Assembly: GCA_964016885.1 (NCBI GenBank)
Contig: OZ024740.1
Span: 111,848,001-111,912,000, forward strand
From: Eledone cirrhosa
Lineage: Eukaryota
Direction of reading: 5' to 3'
Length of the DNA: 64,000 nt
Shown here: positions 15,205 to 27,584 of the stretch, piece by piece
Layout: every line of letters starts with the position of its first letter
How positions within the stretch are numbered: the stretch's first letter is position 1
Position numbers and translations under genes: made by a program
The notes under the pieces: generated by a model
The model's input: only the letters and a program-made list of their open reading frames with translations
What the model was told of the DNA's origin: nothing
The model's database searches: none

Positions 15205-15543
15205 TAATTGCTATGTTGAAGTTGCCATCAGTTGTGATTTGGCTACCTAATTTATGATCGTAAGAGGCGTCACGGTCCCTTGACTTAATAGTCTACAGCA
15301 CTTAGCCGATATCTAGGATATAAGGGGTTCGATTCCTCATAGCGACCGGTGGCAACTTCATTTTTCTTCTTTAAATTGTCTCCACCCTATTTTAAAACCT
15401 ATTTTATAGCTTCCCCGTGCGTGAACTCATTATTCTTTGTATTAACTTTATGTAATGGTACGAGAGATCGGCTACGTATACACGATATTTGTTTACTACG
15501 ATGCTTGTTGTCACTTGAAAGCTGTGATTCAGCTATACACACA

Positions 15544-15636
<93 letters not shown>

Positions 15637-16294
15637 ACACATATATTTATTCATCTACATATTTTTATTTGTTTGTTTTTTTTGTTTTTTGTGCGTGCGG
15701 TTCTGGGTTCATGGCAAGGTAAGAAGAGTAAGCTACAGGGAGCTGAGAGGAAGAAGCTAGAATAAAATACAATAAAGTAAACGAGATGAAACTTGTTTAG
15801 AAACGTTATAAGCTTTATTTCAGTGTTCGTTTAGGATCTAATCTTTAGGTGAAGGTAGAAGTGTAGAAAGACGAGCGTGTGAGAGTAAATGTTAGAATTA
15901 GAGTTAGGGCTAGACTTAGAATTAATGTTAGTATAGTTACCTTGTACAGTCTACAGATTATCCATCTCTTCAGCTGTTGATCTAATTACAGTTACACATT
16001 GTAGTAGTTACAGAATATATAACACTTGTTGACATTACGACTGGTTGCTATAGAACTTGACTAGGGACAGACAAAATACCGAAAAGGCCTCTTTATATAT
16101 TAACAAGAAATAATAAATATCTTAAGAGTTTAAACAAAAAAAATTGCTCCAGGTTTTCTGTCTAGTGAAATGTAGGTTGGGGTTCTTTAATGCTTGTCAG
16201 GAGCTATATAATTAGATTGACATACATTTATATAGGTCAAGATTATATTAAAGTAACTGGTATTTTCATTTCTTATCTATATATTCCTTTCTCT

Positions 16295-16342
<48 letters not shown>

Positions 16343-16347
<5 letters not shown>

Positions 16348-17069
16348 AATATAGATTCAGCGAGAATCATATTTCGGCGGGTAGGAAATGCGAAACAAAA
16401 CGCAAAACTCAGAAATGACACTGGCAAAGTGCTTAATAGTTAAAAACCAGAGCTAAACAATATGTTAAGAAGCCATACAGAACTGAAAAAGTGGTCAAGA
16501 AAGCATCAACCACCTAAGCCAAAAAGCAAATCAAGCTAAACAGGTCAAAACAAAATAAATGATAAAAAATAAATGATAAAACCAGACCTGGACCCCTTGG
16601 AATTACTGTTAAAATCCAATGCAGAGTTTCTATGACACCTAACTCAAAGTACTGTCTGCTTAAAAATATAAGCTTTAGGTATAATGATCGAACAAGGAAT
16701 ATCACGTTATCAACAGGTATTTTGCTCCGTACCAAATGTGTGTGTGACACTGAAGCAAGTTAAATCACGTGTGGAAATCACAAGGGAAATAACCCCAGAT
16801 TTTGTCAAAAGAATTCAGTAAGTGTATATCATGCAAAAAATTGCATATATCGAATAAGTTCTCAACCGGGTGGTTTTTAAAATAAACTTATACAATTAAC
16901 CTGTCAATAAAAATTATTAACACGTTAATTGTAAGACACGGGAGATTAATACAAATATAGATTCAGCGAGAATCGCATTTCGGCGGGTAGGAAAGGCGAA
17001 ACGAAATGCAAAAATCAGAAATGAGACTGGCAAAGTGCTCAATAGTTAAAAACCAGAGCTAAACAATAT
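16343..17069. repeat. ~120-bp direct repeats bounding a (TA)n-flanked insert
   Basis: 16343-16463 is similar to 16949-17069. Related to 31568-31675 (ggcaaagtgctcaatagtt...aaaccagagcta). Confidence 0.75.
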
Positions 17070-17352
17070 ATATATATATATATATATAACGGCGATGAAT
17101 TAGTTTTGCGAGGTTTTTGATATGAAATCGTGTGTCGAAACAAATATTGTTATACTTGGGGAGGGTTATTATTTGTGTAATATTGCCAGAATTAATAACA
17201 GAACACACTCACTGTTTGGTTGGTTTCCGCTTTTCGCTTCTGTGTCTTTTATATCGGTAATCTAATTTATTCGGTCCTCAATGTTGCCATTGACTGACCA
17301 ACGGTCAAAAATAATACAGATACAATATAGACACAAACACATATATATAGTT

Positions 17353-17396
17353 TATCAAAGTTCTTTCGTTGCACATCTGCAACATCGTCAGTGGTG
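17353..17396 (-). ncRNA. Hammerhead ribozyme, weakened stem I
   Basis: Minus strand: cacca CTGACGA t GTTGCA gatg TGCAAC GAAA GAAC TT/ tgata. Lies downstream of a GIY-YIG remnant. Confidence 0.6.
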
Positions 17397-17657
17397 CTAT
17401 TGTTTCCTCCCGTTGCATTGTATTTTCTACGCCATCTTTATTTAGTCTGTTTATATATTTATTTATTTGTTTATTTTATATATGTATTCTTTGCGCATGC
17501 GTTTGCGTGTGTGTATAGTGTTTTGTTTGATGTGTGTTCGTAATTGGGTGACTGTGTATTGGTTAATGTATTCTATCTTTACTAGTGTGTGTTTATATGT
17601 GTTTGTTGTTATTGTGCTTGTGTATGTATTTATTTATTTATTTATCTATTTATTTAT

Positions 17658-17864
17658 TTATACTTCTCTTAGGTCAGTGTTGTTTGTTTGGGTGTTGTTG
17701 TTATTCCATTCATTCTTTCTGTTTAGCCTTGGCCTTCTAAGTTCTATTTCACTGGTCTCTATGATTTGCCTATCTGCTGGGTCATTTCTATGTTTAGATA
17801 TTATTCTAATTTCTATGTTGTCTATGTTACCGTCGTGTTGTTGTCTGGCATGTTCGTATAGCAC
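17658..17864 (-). pseudogene. C-terminal GIY-YIG fragment of a 5'-truncated PLE
   Basis: LYEHARQQH...IEIRIISKH...DRQIIETSEIELRRPRLNRKNEW fits the H...R-I-E-x2-I-x4-P-LN pattern. Followed by a 3' UTR and hammerhead; TA-rich flanks. Confidence 0.7.
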
Positions 17865-18844
17865 TGAATATATATAGTTAATAGTATATATATATATATG
17901 GTACTATATATATATAGTTAATAAATGAAACAAACAAGACACAGGAGGCAATTTTACACAGATATATTAGGTTCAGGCTTTGTGGAAGTGTGTGTGTGTG
18001 GGTGTGGGTGGGTGTGTGTGTGTGTGTGAGTGTGTGCGAACATGTATCTAAACTATAATAAAGTGGGACTGCGTACGGTTTATAATTTGTTATCCCTTTA
18101 GTAAATTAAGTTGGATTACTTTGAATAAATAATGAATGAATATTACATAATTTATCTACTAAATTTCGTGGCCGTTCATTAAATATATTTTATTACTTAT
18201 TTAAAGATTCACTTCTTTAAAATGTTCAAATGTCAACACTTCCGGTTAGCGATCGTTTAAATATTCATATATTTCTGTCACTAATTTTCTCCTAATGCAG
18301 TTTATATATAATATCGTCTCTTTTTAATGTATCATGTATTACATTACTGATTACATAAGAGAGTGTAACACAGTCTTCGTTCAATTTCTGTGTATATTGT
18401 CAATTACGATTTTATTTGATGTATCATATCTCAATATACACACTACACATGCTAGCAGAAAACCACCCGAAGGGAGGTTTTTCTGCTAGTACATGTACTT
18501 ATTTTAGTGGGTGAAAATTTATATTTAAAAAAGGAAACAATATATAGATATATAGATATCATAAATCAATAAAAACAATCAATAACTGTTATTGTTTTTC
18601 CCCTTACATTCCCCTGTTTTGTTAGTATTCGGTTTTTATTTATTTTATATTTTATTTTATTTGCTTATCTTTTGTTTTATTTATTTTCTTCGCTCTAATA
18701 TGTGGTTTGGGGAACTTGGATTAATTATTACTGCATTAGATTCGTGAAAGGTAGGAGTTCGATTCCCATACAAGCCACTATATTTTTTGTTGTCTCAGCT
18801 GTGAAAGTTTATTGTATCCATAATTCAAAGATAGGTGGTAACGT

Positions 18845-18958
18845 CAGGTAGAATGCTTCGCAGTATTCGTTCGAGCGTTCTGAGTTCAGTTCCAACTATG
18901 GTCAATTTGCTTTTCATCTTTTTGATGTCGATAAGAAAAGCCTGTTTAATACTAGGCC
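18845..18958 (+). mobile_element. Old SINE related to family A
   Basis: ttctgagttcagttcc...ggtcaatttgcttttcatcttt...gtcgataa. Confidence 0.6.
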
Positions 18959-18960
18959 CG

Positions 18961-19030
<70 letters not shown>

Positions 19031-19387
19031 TCTCTCTCTCTCCACACACATACACACACACACATATATATATATATATCAATTTTATAGTTCTGGTATC
19101 TCAAATTAGTACCATTGAACAACAACTGTATTATAGACACCCTATATATTTCCGTGGGTAATTAGTACCTGTGGGGATATTGATCTCATTTTATGTATAT
19201 TCTCCCATGTGTAGAGAAAAAATCCGCTATTTTTTTAGTAGTGTGGCAAAAAAACACGTCTATAATATTCCCGCTTGTACCAATTCACGTGTAGGTCATG
19301 TTTACGACCCCACTAAATCTTTCACTAGCTGGCTGAAGGCAATGTATTTGCCTGCTATGGGACTATATCTCCTATGTAAGGGAAAAC

Positions 19388-19466
19388 GCTTTCTGAAGAG
19401 CCGATCTTTCCATTGGAAGTCCCTTGGATTTCCAATCTTTAGTGAGGCGAAACCGTCGGTAAAAGC
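19388..19466 (+). ncRNA. Type I hammerhead ribozyme, extended stem II
   Basis: GCTTT CTGAAGA GCC...(attggaagtcc/ggatttccaat hairpin)...GGC GAAA CC gtc GG TA/ AAAGC. All core nucleotides intact, within a TA-flanked insert (~19080-19552). Confidence 0.88.
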
Positions 19467-19573
19467 AATATGGATAGGTACATATTTAAATTGTATTTTG
19501 AATTTATTTTTGAAAGATTGTTTAAATTTTGCTTGTTCCGCTCATCTCAATTATATATATATATATATATATA

Positions 19574-19660
19574 TACTTGTGTGACAGAAGAGTTTCCTTT
19601 ATATATATATATAATGTATGTGTGAATGTAAATATGCATATTTATATATGTAAGTATATG

Positions 19661-19729
<69 letters not shown>

Positions 19730-19805
19730 CAGTGAAATTCCGTTATAACAAAATTCACGAATTTTTTCCATGCCCCGTGAATTTTGTTATAACGGAATTT
19801 CACTG

Positions 19806-19854
<49 letters not shown>

Positions 19855-19939
19855 CATATTCTTACATATATAAATATGCATATTTACATTCACACATACA
19901 TTATATATATATAAAGGAAACTCTTCTGTCACACAAGTA
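19574..19939. repeat. ~366-bp nested palindrome
   Basis: Unique arms tacttgtgtgacagaagag... / ...ctcttctgtcacacaagta (one mismatch seen), then (TA)n, then a central MITE. Confidence 0.9.
19730..19805. mobile_element. 76-bp Tc1/mariner (pogo/Tigger-like) MITE
   Basis: Perfect 30-bp TIRs cagtgaaattccgttataacaaaattcacg, flanked by TA. Confidence 0.85.
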
Positions 19940-20434
19940 CCATTATTATAGTTTAATAGTCTTCCTTTCAACCTGCGGCACCAGCCGTCATTTTATTCTG
20001 ACTTACAGCATGTAGTATTGATGATGATGGGGGGAAAGTGATGGTGGTGGTGACGGAAGATGATTTTAGCAGTAGTTGTGGTGGTGATTGTGATGAGAAT
20101 GTTGCTAGTGATAAGTGGTGGGGAATTCTGATAGTAGTGTGGCGGAGGCTCGGCTGATCTACAGATGAAAAGGGACGCATGATGATTGCGCAAATGTCAC
20201 ATTCCTTAACGCTTGTTGAAAATACGATAATCGAATGTGCCTTCTTTCGAAGAAACATACTACCTATACTATATATGTGTGTGCGTGTGAAATATATTTA
20301 GATGGGACAATCTACATTGCTACTCAGAGTTTTTGTATAACAACATATATAGCAGCAGTCAGATGGATTTAATATTGAATTTAAATTACATCGTTTATGT
20401 CCCACCGTATGTAATGAGCACTTTTCTCCATCTC

Positions 20435-21129
20435 AATCAATTTATAAGGTATCTATTTTTAAAGTTCTAGTTAAACTTTAATTAGTTACCTACCTAGCTA
20501 TGTGTGCTTACACGCTTTTACAAATTATTCCCTGTGATTGTGTCATATGTTTATTTTATATATATATACATATGTCAATCAATTTCTAGTTGATATAAAA
20601 TGCTCGGGTCTATTCATTGGAATCTTGGAGCATATTCTACTGTGGATATGGCGCATGTCTCTCTGACATGACACCCTTAATTTAATTTTGGATACATATA
20701 CGGCCCCTTAATTGTAGAGCTAACTCAGTTGAAAGGACTCGGCTGCTATTTCTAGTTGTCGATAATACTATTCACGCCACTGGGATGAAGCTGGTACGAT
20801 GTGCGTATTTTTAAAGAATGCAACACGTGCTGCTAGCCATTCGGAGATTTGCATTTGCTGTGTAAACACAGATAGTTAAATCTTCTCCTTTGTTGAAAAT
20901 TCGAAATTTGGCTACTGTGGTTTACCGATCCATTGATGGTGAAATATATTTCTTTAATGAAATATATACAAGGAAGATTAATCAATTTATAAGGTATCTA
21001 TTTTTAAAGTTCTAGTTAAACTTTAATTAGTTACCTACCTAGCTATGTGTGCTTACACACTTTTACAAATTATTCCCTGTGATTGTTTCATATGTTTATT
21101 TTAGATAGATATATATGTCAATCAATTTC

Positions 21130-21134
<5 letters not shown>
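20435..21134 (+). repeat. ~155-bp direct repeat pair ending in (TA)n
   Basis: 20435-20591 is similar to 20980-21134 with a few substitutions. Confidence 0.85.
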
Positions 21135-21198
<64 letters not shown>

Positions 21199-21789
21199 TA
21201 TATATATAATAGAACGAAGCTTTATCTCTCTTCCCTGTCAATACAACATGCAACACATGGAACAATATAGCAACGAGGATTGTTAATAGCCCTAGAAATA
21301 TTTTCACTGTTGAATACTCAATAAATTAACCTTAGGAAAACATTCTCAAGTGTATGCCTCATGGTACAAAACCTCTCCCCACTCTTAAGTAATGATTTTC
21401 TCAAGTATTATTCACACACAAAGCAAAAATAGTTCTTGAAATACAAACTCCGAAATTATTCCAATAACATAACATCCCTCACCTTCATCTCTAGTAAAAA
21501 CTAAAGAGTGTCATCACAACATGGTTGAACTTAATCAATAAACGAGAGAAAAGCTATGCGTGATGGATATAGAAGTGATAATGCTTTCCATTGGTCTTTG
21601 GGTTTTTGTTCTTGCAGTGAGAGAAAATGTCGATACACCAACAGTTGCGATTTGAAGTGAATTTGAAGCACTTAAGGAAAGGGAAATTCTTCAGCCATAG
21701 GTCAAGGACTACTAAGGGGGATTTTTCTACTGGGGGTTTCAAACGCTATTTCTGTTACTAATTGATGATGACTCAAAGCGGTTTTTTAG

Positions 21790-21828
<39 letters not shown>

Positions 21829-21878
21829 CGCCTCAGTGTGTACACCTGTAAATTTATATATTTATGTGAGTGTGTGTG

Positions 21879-21915
<37 letters not shown>

Positions 21916-22717
21916 ACATGTATATATATATATATAACTACTTTTACACGAATGGTAGTTTATAGAGCGGGGGTGGTTGGCTGACTGGAGAAGCGGATTT
22001 TCGTTAACTTTCTTATAAGGTTTTCATGGTATTCTATTCTGGAGAGTTTTAGATTAAATGTCTAGCGTTGTTGATGTTGTTAGCGATGTCGTTGTTGTTG
22101 GTGGGGTTGTAGATTGCTAGTGGTGGTGTTTTGTTCTTAATGTTATCGATGTTTTTGTTGTTGGTGATTGTTTCCTGTATCCATTGTAGTGTACTTGCTA
22201 TGTTTGTTCCTTTTAATATAGTTATAGTATCAGTAACAATGTTGTAAACTGTAGATAGGTAGAGTGGCAAAGCAGCGGACAAAATACTTTACGGAATTTT
22301 AGTTATCGTGATATACCGTAGTTCATCGTTCTTTATGTCAACTTTATATTTCACCCTTCAGGGATCGATGAAATAATAATACCAGCCACGTACTTCAGCT
22401 TGATTACATCGACTATAACTTACCTCCCAAAATCTGAGTTTCTGCGCAGAAGAAGCTAATATTATTATTGTTATTGTTTTTGTTGTTATTTAACCCAAGA
22501 TCAATACTCATTGAGAAGAACTATGATCATTGACATTTCAGCCTTGACTATCCCATCTTTTTTCCAATTTGCAGTAAATGCATAGGCAGAAGTCTTTTTT
22601 TTTTTTTTTTAAACAAGTAGTGTGGGATATAATAAACTTTAAGCTTCATCGACCAGATAAAGTTTCTGTCTCTCGTTGGCCTATGTCACGAGTTAAGTAT
22701 TAGTATGAGTAATATTT

Positions 22718-22840
22718 GCTACGGCCTTTACGGTCTGAGTTCAAATTCCGCCGTATTTTACTTTGCCTTTCATCCTTACGAGGTCTATAAGATAAAGCAC
22801 TGGAGTAATTGATGGCCTCGTGACAAAAGTGGAAACAATT
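22718..22840 (+). mobile_element. SINE family A, 5'-truncated
   Basis: tacggcctttacggtctgagttcaaattccgcc...ctttgcctttcatccttacg...aaagtggaaac. Confidence 0.85.
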
Positions 22841-23239
22841 ATTAGAAATAATAAGCACAGTTGATTGGCGGTAGCAGTAGAGCGTCGGACACCATGCTTC
22901 ACGGCATAGAATTACGGCCCTTTACATTCTGAGTTCAAATCCCACTGAGGTTAGCTTTACTTTTCCTCCTTACAGGATCGATAAAATAAAGTACCAGTCA
23001 CGCACTGGGGTCGATTTAAATAAATAAATAATAAATAATGCTTTCTCTATAAATAATAAATAATAAATAATGAAAATATTGTGTACAGTGCTCAGGTGCA
23101 CTACAACTCATCAAAAAGTGTATGTATAGTACATAGGGTAATGTATAAACGTCAGGAAAATGAACAGTGCATGAGTCATGATATACACATGTGTGCATGT
23201 GTATAGAAGGGGTATATCAGGTGTAGATTTGGCGAATTT

Positions 23240-24490
23240 CGGGAAGCATGAGGTTTTAAAGGATGCAGTGTCTCGGCAGCTAACAACTGACGCAGGCAGT
23301 TTGTTCCATGCTTCAGCAACTCTAAGCGTGAAAAAAATGTTTCCGAAAGTCATGGGAGCTGTGCTGTTTCCTGATTTTGTAGACATGTCCATTTGTGTTA
23401 GACACATGGAGATCAAAAAGGTGCTCAGGGTTGTTGTTGGCGAGATGGTTAATAACTTCGTGTGTGTTTACCAAGTCCATTGCCAGACGTCGGAGCTTCA
23501 ATGAATCCATGCCCAGAGAAGCAAGGCGTTCAGAGTATGGTAAGTGTCTGATGGAGGGTATGCGCTTGGTTGCACGTCTCTGAACAGTTTCCAGGAGGTC
23601 AATGTTCTGAGCAAGATAGGGGTTCCAGACTGATGATGCGAATTCCAAGTGTGGTCGTACCATAGCTGTATACAGCTTTAAATAGATGGCTGGAGAGCGG
23701 CTAACAAAGGTCTTGCTGAGTGATGCCAAAACACCCTCGTCCTTCTTGACAATCTTAGAGACATGCTTTGTCCAACGCAAATCGCTGCTGACAGTAATGC
23801 CCAGGTCACGTTCACAAGAGGTCATGTTATGGAGGGAGTATGTGGACGCTGAATTTTTCCTCCCAAAATGCATGGTGGTACACTTGTCCACAGCCAGCTT
23901 CAGTTGCCAGTCTGTGATCCATTGCTGCATTGTGTCCAGGTCTGATTGTAGGAAAGAGTTGTAGATTTCAGGATCAGTCCTTTTGATTTCAAGGTACATC
24001 TTGATGTCATCTGCATATTTCAGTACCGTGGCATTCTTTAAGTTGGCATCTATGTCATTAATATATGCCACAAACAAAAGGGGACCAAGAGCAGATCCCT
24101 GTGGTACACCAGATGATATCTCATATGGTGAAGACTGCTGTCCTAGAACCGTGACTACCTCTTTTCGGCTGAGATTGAAGGATTTCAACCAGTTAAAAAG
24201 ATCATCCCTCACACCCATTCCAGAGAGTTTCGCCATGAGTCTTTTGTGTTGCACAGAATTAAAAGCCTTAGCGAAGTCAAGGTAAACAACATCCACCCAT
24301 GAGCCGCTGTCAGTAATCCGGGTAATGTCTTCAAGGAACTCGATAAGCTGATCACAGTAGCTGGAGTTAGGGATAAATCCAAACTGCGAGGCTGTGAGAG
24401 CTCCAGAAGTTTCAAAGTGTTTCTCTGACACATGATTCCATCAGTTTGGCAATACAGTTTGTAAGACTGACTGGACGATAGTTTACAGAT
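23240..24490 (-). pseudogene. CR1 ORF2 reverse transcriptase (frameshifted)
   Basis: NYRPVSLT, QFGF, VYLDFAKAF, SGVPQGSALGPLLF, YADD, ERDLGI, VRPHLEFASSVWNP, VQRRATK, RVAEAWNKLP. Confidence 0.95.
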
Positions 24491-24741
24491 GATTCGTTCA
24501 AATCAACGCAAGGAATTACCGAACAGTTTGAACGAACGTAGACCATCACACCACCACCACCACGGCGATTAATGCGGTCCTTGCAGAAAAGGTTGTACCA
24601 AGTAATGCTGAAAACCCCATCACAGAGTAAGGAATGTGCCCATGTTTCCCTGACTGTGATGAAGTCAGGGTCGATGCTTCTGACGTAGGAGTTCAACAGA
24701 TGTATCTTGTTGCATAAACTGCGAGTATTTAAGGACAACAA
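24491..24741 (-). pseudogene. APE endonuclease N-terminal fragment
   Basis: LNTRSLCNK...DFITVRETW...DR...GGGVMVYVR. Confidence 0.9.
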
Positions 24742-24799
24742 TTTGCACCCTGTTTGTAGTATATGATGGTGTGTAGAGGATGGCAGATTGTTCTAGTTT

Positions 24800-25644
24800 A
24801 GTTTCCCAGAGTTGTTGCAGTTTTTTCATTGTCAGTTATTGTGGGTAGAGCACACTCAGACCAGCTGGTATCTCTCTTCCACGTTTCACCAGCCTTAATA
24901 AATCTCCAGATCTGCCCATCATCACGCAGACTAAAACGTTCATGTTGTTCTGAGTTCCGATTCAAGGAGGCTGCAGCACGTAGCTTTGGACGTACATTGG
25001 GTGGTAGACCTGGGCGTGTTCGGAAGGTAATCCGATTTTCACGCCCAGCTTTAATAGAGGCCAGATGATATGAAATTGTCTCAGCGGGGTCCGAAAAAGA
25101 CAGCCTGATGAGTCAGGGTTTTGGACCAGGTCGACCAAGGCGGAGTGCACCCTTTGGGGAAACACAGCCTAGGTCTTTGGCTGAGCTGGCAGCAAATGCT
25201 TGAAGATCAGCCTTGTCCTCTTGTACCCCAATGGCAATTACTTCATGGGTAGCAGATTCCTCAGTCTTCTCAGTGTGCCCAGATACGGCAAGAGGTACAG
25301 GGAGATTCTTTAGCAAGGCATTCCAATAAGACCCCTCATTGTGGGGTCCTACCCGAATGCTTGCTTTTATTCCTGTTACTTCCCTTCTTAAAGCAGAAAT
25401 CATTTGATGCAATTCTGCAAAATCTGTACTGGTCGATTGTTGTTGTTGTTGTTGCTGCTGCTGTTGTTGTTGTTTTTGTTGCTGCTGTTGTTGCTGTTAT
25501 TGTTGCTGTTGTTGTTGTTGCTGCTGTTGTTGATGATGATGATGATGATGTTCCTCCGCGGGAATGGTAGGGGAAGACACAGTCGTCGGTTGTTGGTAAC
25601 GAGATGTACTGGGAGCGGAAGAGAGGTTGTTGTTGTTTCTGATG
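24800..25644 (-). pseudogene. LINE ORF1 remnant with polyH/polyQ tract
   Basis: ORFs 25497-25712 and 25113-25412 share a frame and are separated by one stop within the Q-run. Coiled-coil-like ELHQMISALRREV, then SYWNALL and LRLGRP. Confidence 0.6.
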
Positions 25645-25715
25645 TTATCGACTTTCCCCTCCCCAAAATTGATGGCCTTGTGCCTATATAAGAAACCATT
25701 ATTAGAAATCATAAC

Positions 25716-25901
25716 GGGTGATGGATTAGCAGTATCGGTAGAGGGTCGGACGCCGTGCTTTGACGTATAGTTACGGCCTTTGCCATTCTGAGTTCAAATC
25801 CCGCCGAAGTTAACTTTGCCTTTCATCCTTACGGGGTAGATAAAATAAAGTACCAGTAATGCACTGGGGTAATTGCTGGCCTTGTGCCAAAAGCAGAAAC
25901 A
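25716..25901 (+). mobile_element. Full-length SINE family A with TSD
   Basis: Consensus match; 17-bp TSD 25698-25714 / 25902-25918 (1 mismatch). Confidence 0.92.
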
Positions 25902-26108
25902 ATTATTAGAAATGATAAATAAATAAAGGAATGAAGAAATAAAGAAATAATTATTAGCGATACTGCCAATCTACCGCCATGAAAACAATAATAATAAGGA
26001 TTTCTTTATTATATATATATATCCATGTGTGGTTGACAGCTGAGACAAAAGGGTATGCAATACCGAAGTAGAGTTTAAATATTAATTTTATTAATGCTAA
26101 ATATTGAG

Positions 26109-26158
26109 TCTTGTTACTCTGGAGTTTCGCCTCTTTATCACAGGGTCATCAAAAAAGA
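26109..26158 (-). ncRNA. Degenerate hammerhead
   Basis: Minus strand: tctttt TTGATGA ccct...aggc GAAA CTCCAGAG TA/ acaaga. Confidence 0.5.
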
Positions 26159-26196
26159 TCCTGAGTTCATTCTTTAGCCCTAAGGAAATTATAGAC

Positions 26197-26295
<99 letters not shown>

Positions 26296-26382
26296 CGTGC
26301 GTGTGTGTATGAGAGAGAAAGAGTGTGTGTGTGTGTATTGTACAGTGAAAATAAAACAAAGTTTGAAGATAGGTTCTAAATT

Positions 26383-26526
26383 AGTTCATTGTTTTACGAT
26401 CGTTTCAGATGGTTGATTGATCAAGGCAGCTCGATATATCGACTGGAAGGTAGTGGTTATGTTACTATCTATTTCTAATCTCGAAATCCCTGATCTATCA
26501 CACTGTCTTCCTCAGAAATAAAAACT
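26383..26526 (-). ncRNA. Hammerhead with ~100-nt branched stem II
   Basis: Minus strand: agtttttattt CTGAGGA aga..tgatagatcaggg...ccttgatcaatca..tct GAAA CGATCG TA/ aaacaatgaact. Homologue at 29176-29295. Confidence 0.65.
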
Positions 26527-26964
26527 CACCGCCTAATCTCGTTGAAACCATTTATACAAAGCTGCATTGTGTTCTAACAACGTTATCGGCCCCCTTCATA
26601 CGGGAGCGATAAAATAAAGTACCAGTAACGCACTTTCCCATTCCTTTCAAATTTTTCTCCTTGTGTGAAAAATAGAAACAACTATTTTTATTGTTGTAAT
26701 CAAGAATGGTGGATTGGAGCCTCGCGTAAAATACCTCGCAGCATTTCTTCCAAGTCTTGGCAGTCCTGCCAACTCTCCTTGTCCGACGGGGAGATCTACC
26801 ACCCACTTTGTCTTCTCTTGTGAAAATGGGTATAGCTTTTATTATGTAAAATCTCCTCATTTTGTCCCTCATTTTTACCCGTTTGGGGGCCATTTTTTCA
26901 TGGTACTCCTCGTTTGGGTTTTTAGAGGTTGGCAGGTCCGTCTTTGCGTTCGGTTTTCACATTC

Positions 26965-27100
26965 CACTTAGATCAACTTTTCTCCTCGTCTTTCCGGGTA
27001 CGATAAAATGAAGTACCAGACAAATACTGGGGTCGATTTAATCGACTTCCCTCTTCCCTCAAAATTGCTGACCTTGTAGCTAAATTAGAAATAATTATTA
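26965..27100 (+). mobile_element. SINE family A (long variant), 3' half
   Basis: gataaaatgaagtaccaga...ctggggtcgatttaatcgacttccctc...aaattgctgaccttgt. Confidence 0.8.
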
Positions 27101-27471
27101 CTATGGTAACTAATATGAACCCTCTTCCATTAATTTTCCGCTGAGTGAACGTGGAAAAAAATTAAATATATGTAAAATATTAAAATATATTTTGCTTCCT
27201 TATATGTTTGTGTGAAATAATATTTATACTTTTTCTATTTAAATATACGAGTATTCGTCTGCGCGTGTATACAGTGTGTGTGTTGGGGGGGTATTCCCGA
27301 GTTGTGTCGGGTGTTCTGCGGTAACCACTTTTAGTAGAGTATAAGCATCATTATTATATATAGAGGAATGATTTCTACAGGACAAGAACTGTTTCATTCT
27401 TATGAAATCATCATAAATTTCATACGAATAAAAATAGTTCTAGTCGTCTAGAAGTCGTCTATATATATATA

Positions 27472-27515
<44 letters not shown>

Positions 27516-27533
27516 TATATATATATATATAAT

Positions 27534-27584
<51 letters not shown>

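Larger units (their letters stand above)
23019..25644 (-). mobile_element. CR1-type LINE, 5'-truncated with internal deletion
   Basis: ORF1 remnant, APE N-terminus, RT, 3' UTR and (TTA/TTTA)n tail. Boundaries are defined by the split SINE. Confidence 0.9.
22858..25697 (+). mobile_element. SINE family A (long variant) split by a CR1 insertion
   Basis: 5' part ends ggggtcgatttaa (~23018); 3' part resumes ttatcgactttcccctcccc (25645). TSD attattagaaat(a/c)ataa at 22838-22854 and 25698-25714. Confidence 0.85.

Noticed and set aside
18452-18489. ctagcagaaaa...ttttctgctag hairpin resembling a Helitron end
   Set aside because: Too short, and no associated element body.
27371-27460. Possible decayed hammerhead palindrome
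   Set aside because: Core mutated (ATGATGA) and stem I absent; too degraded to call.
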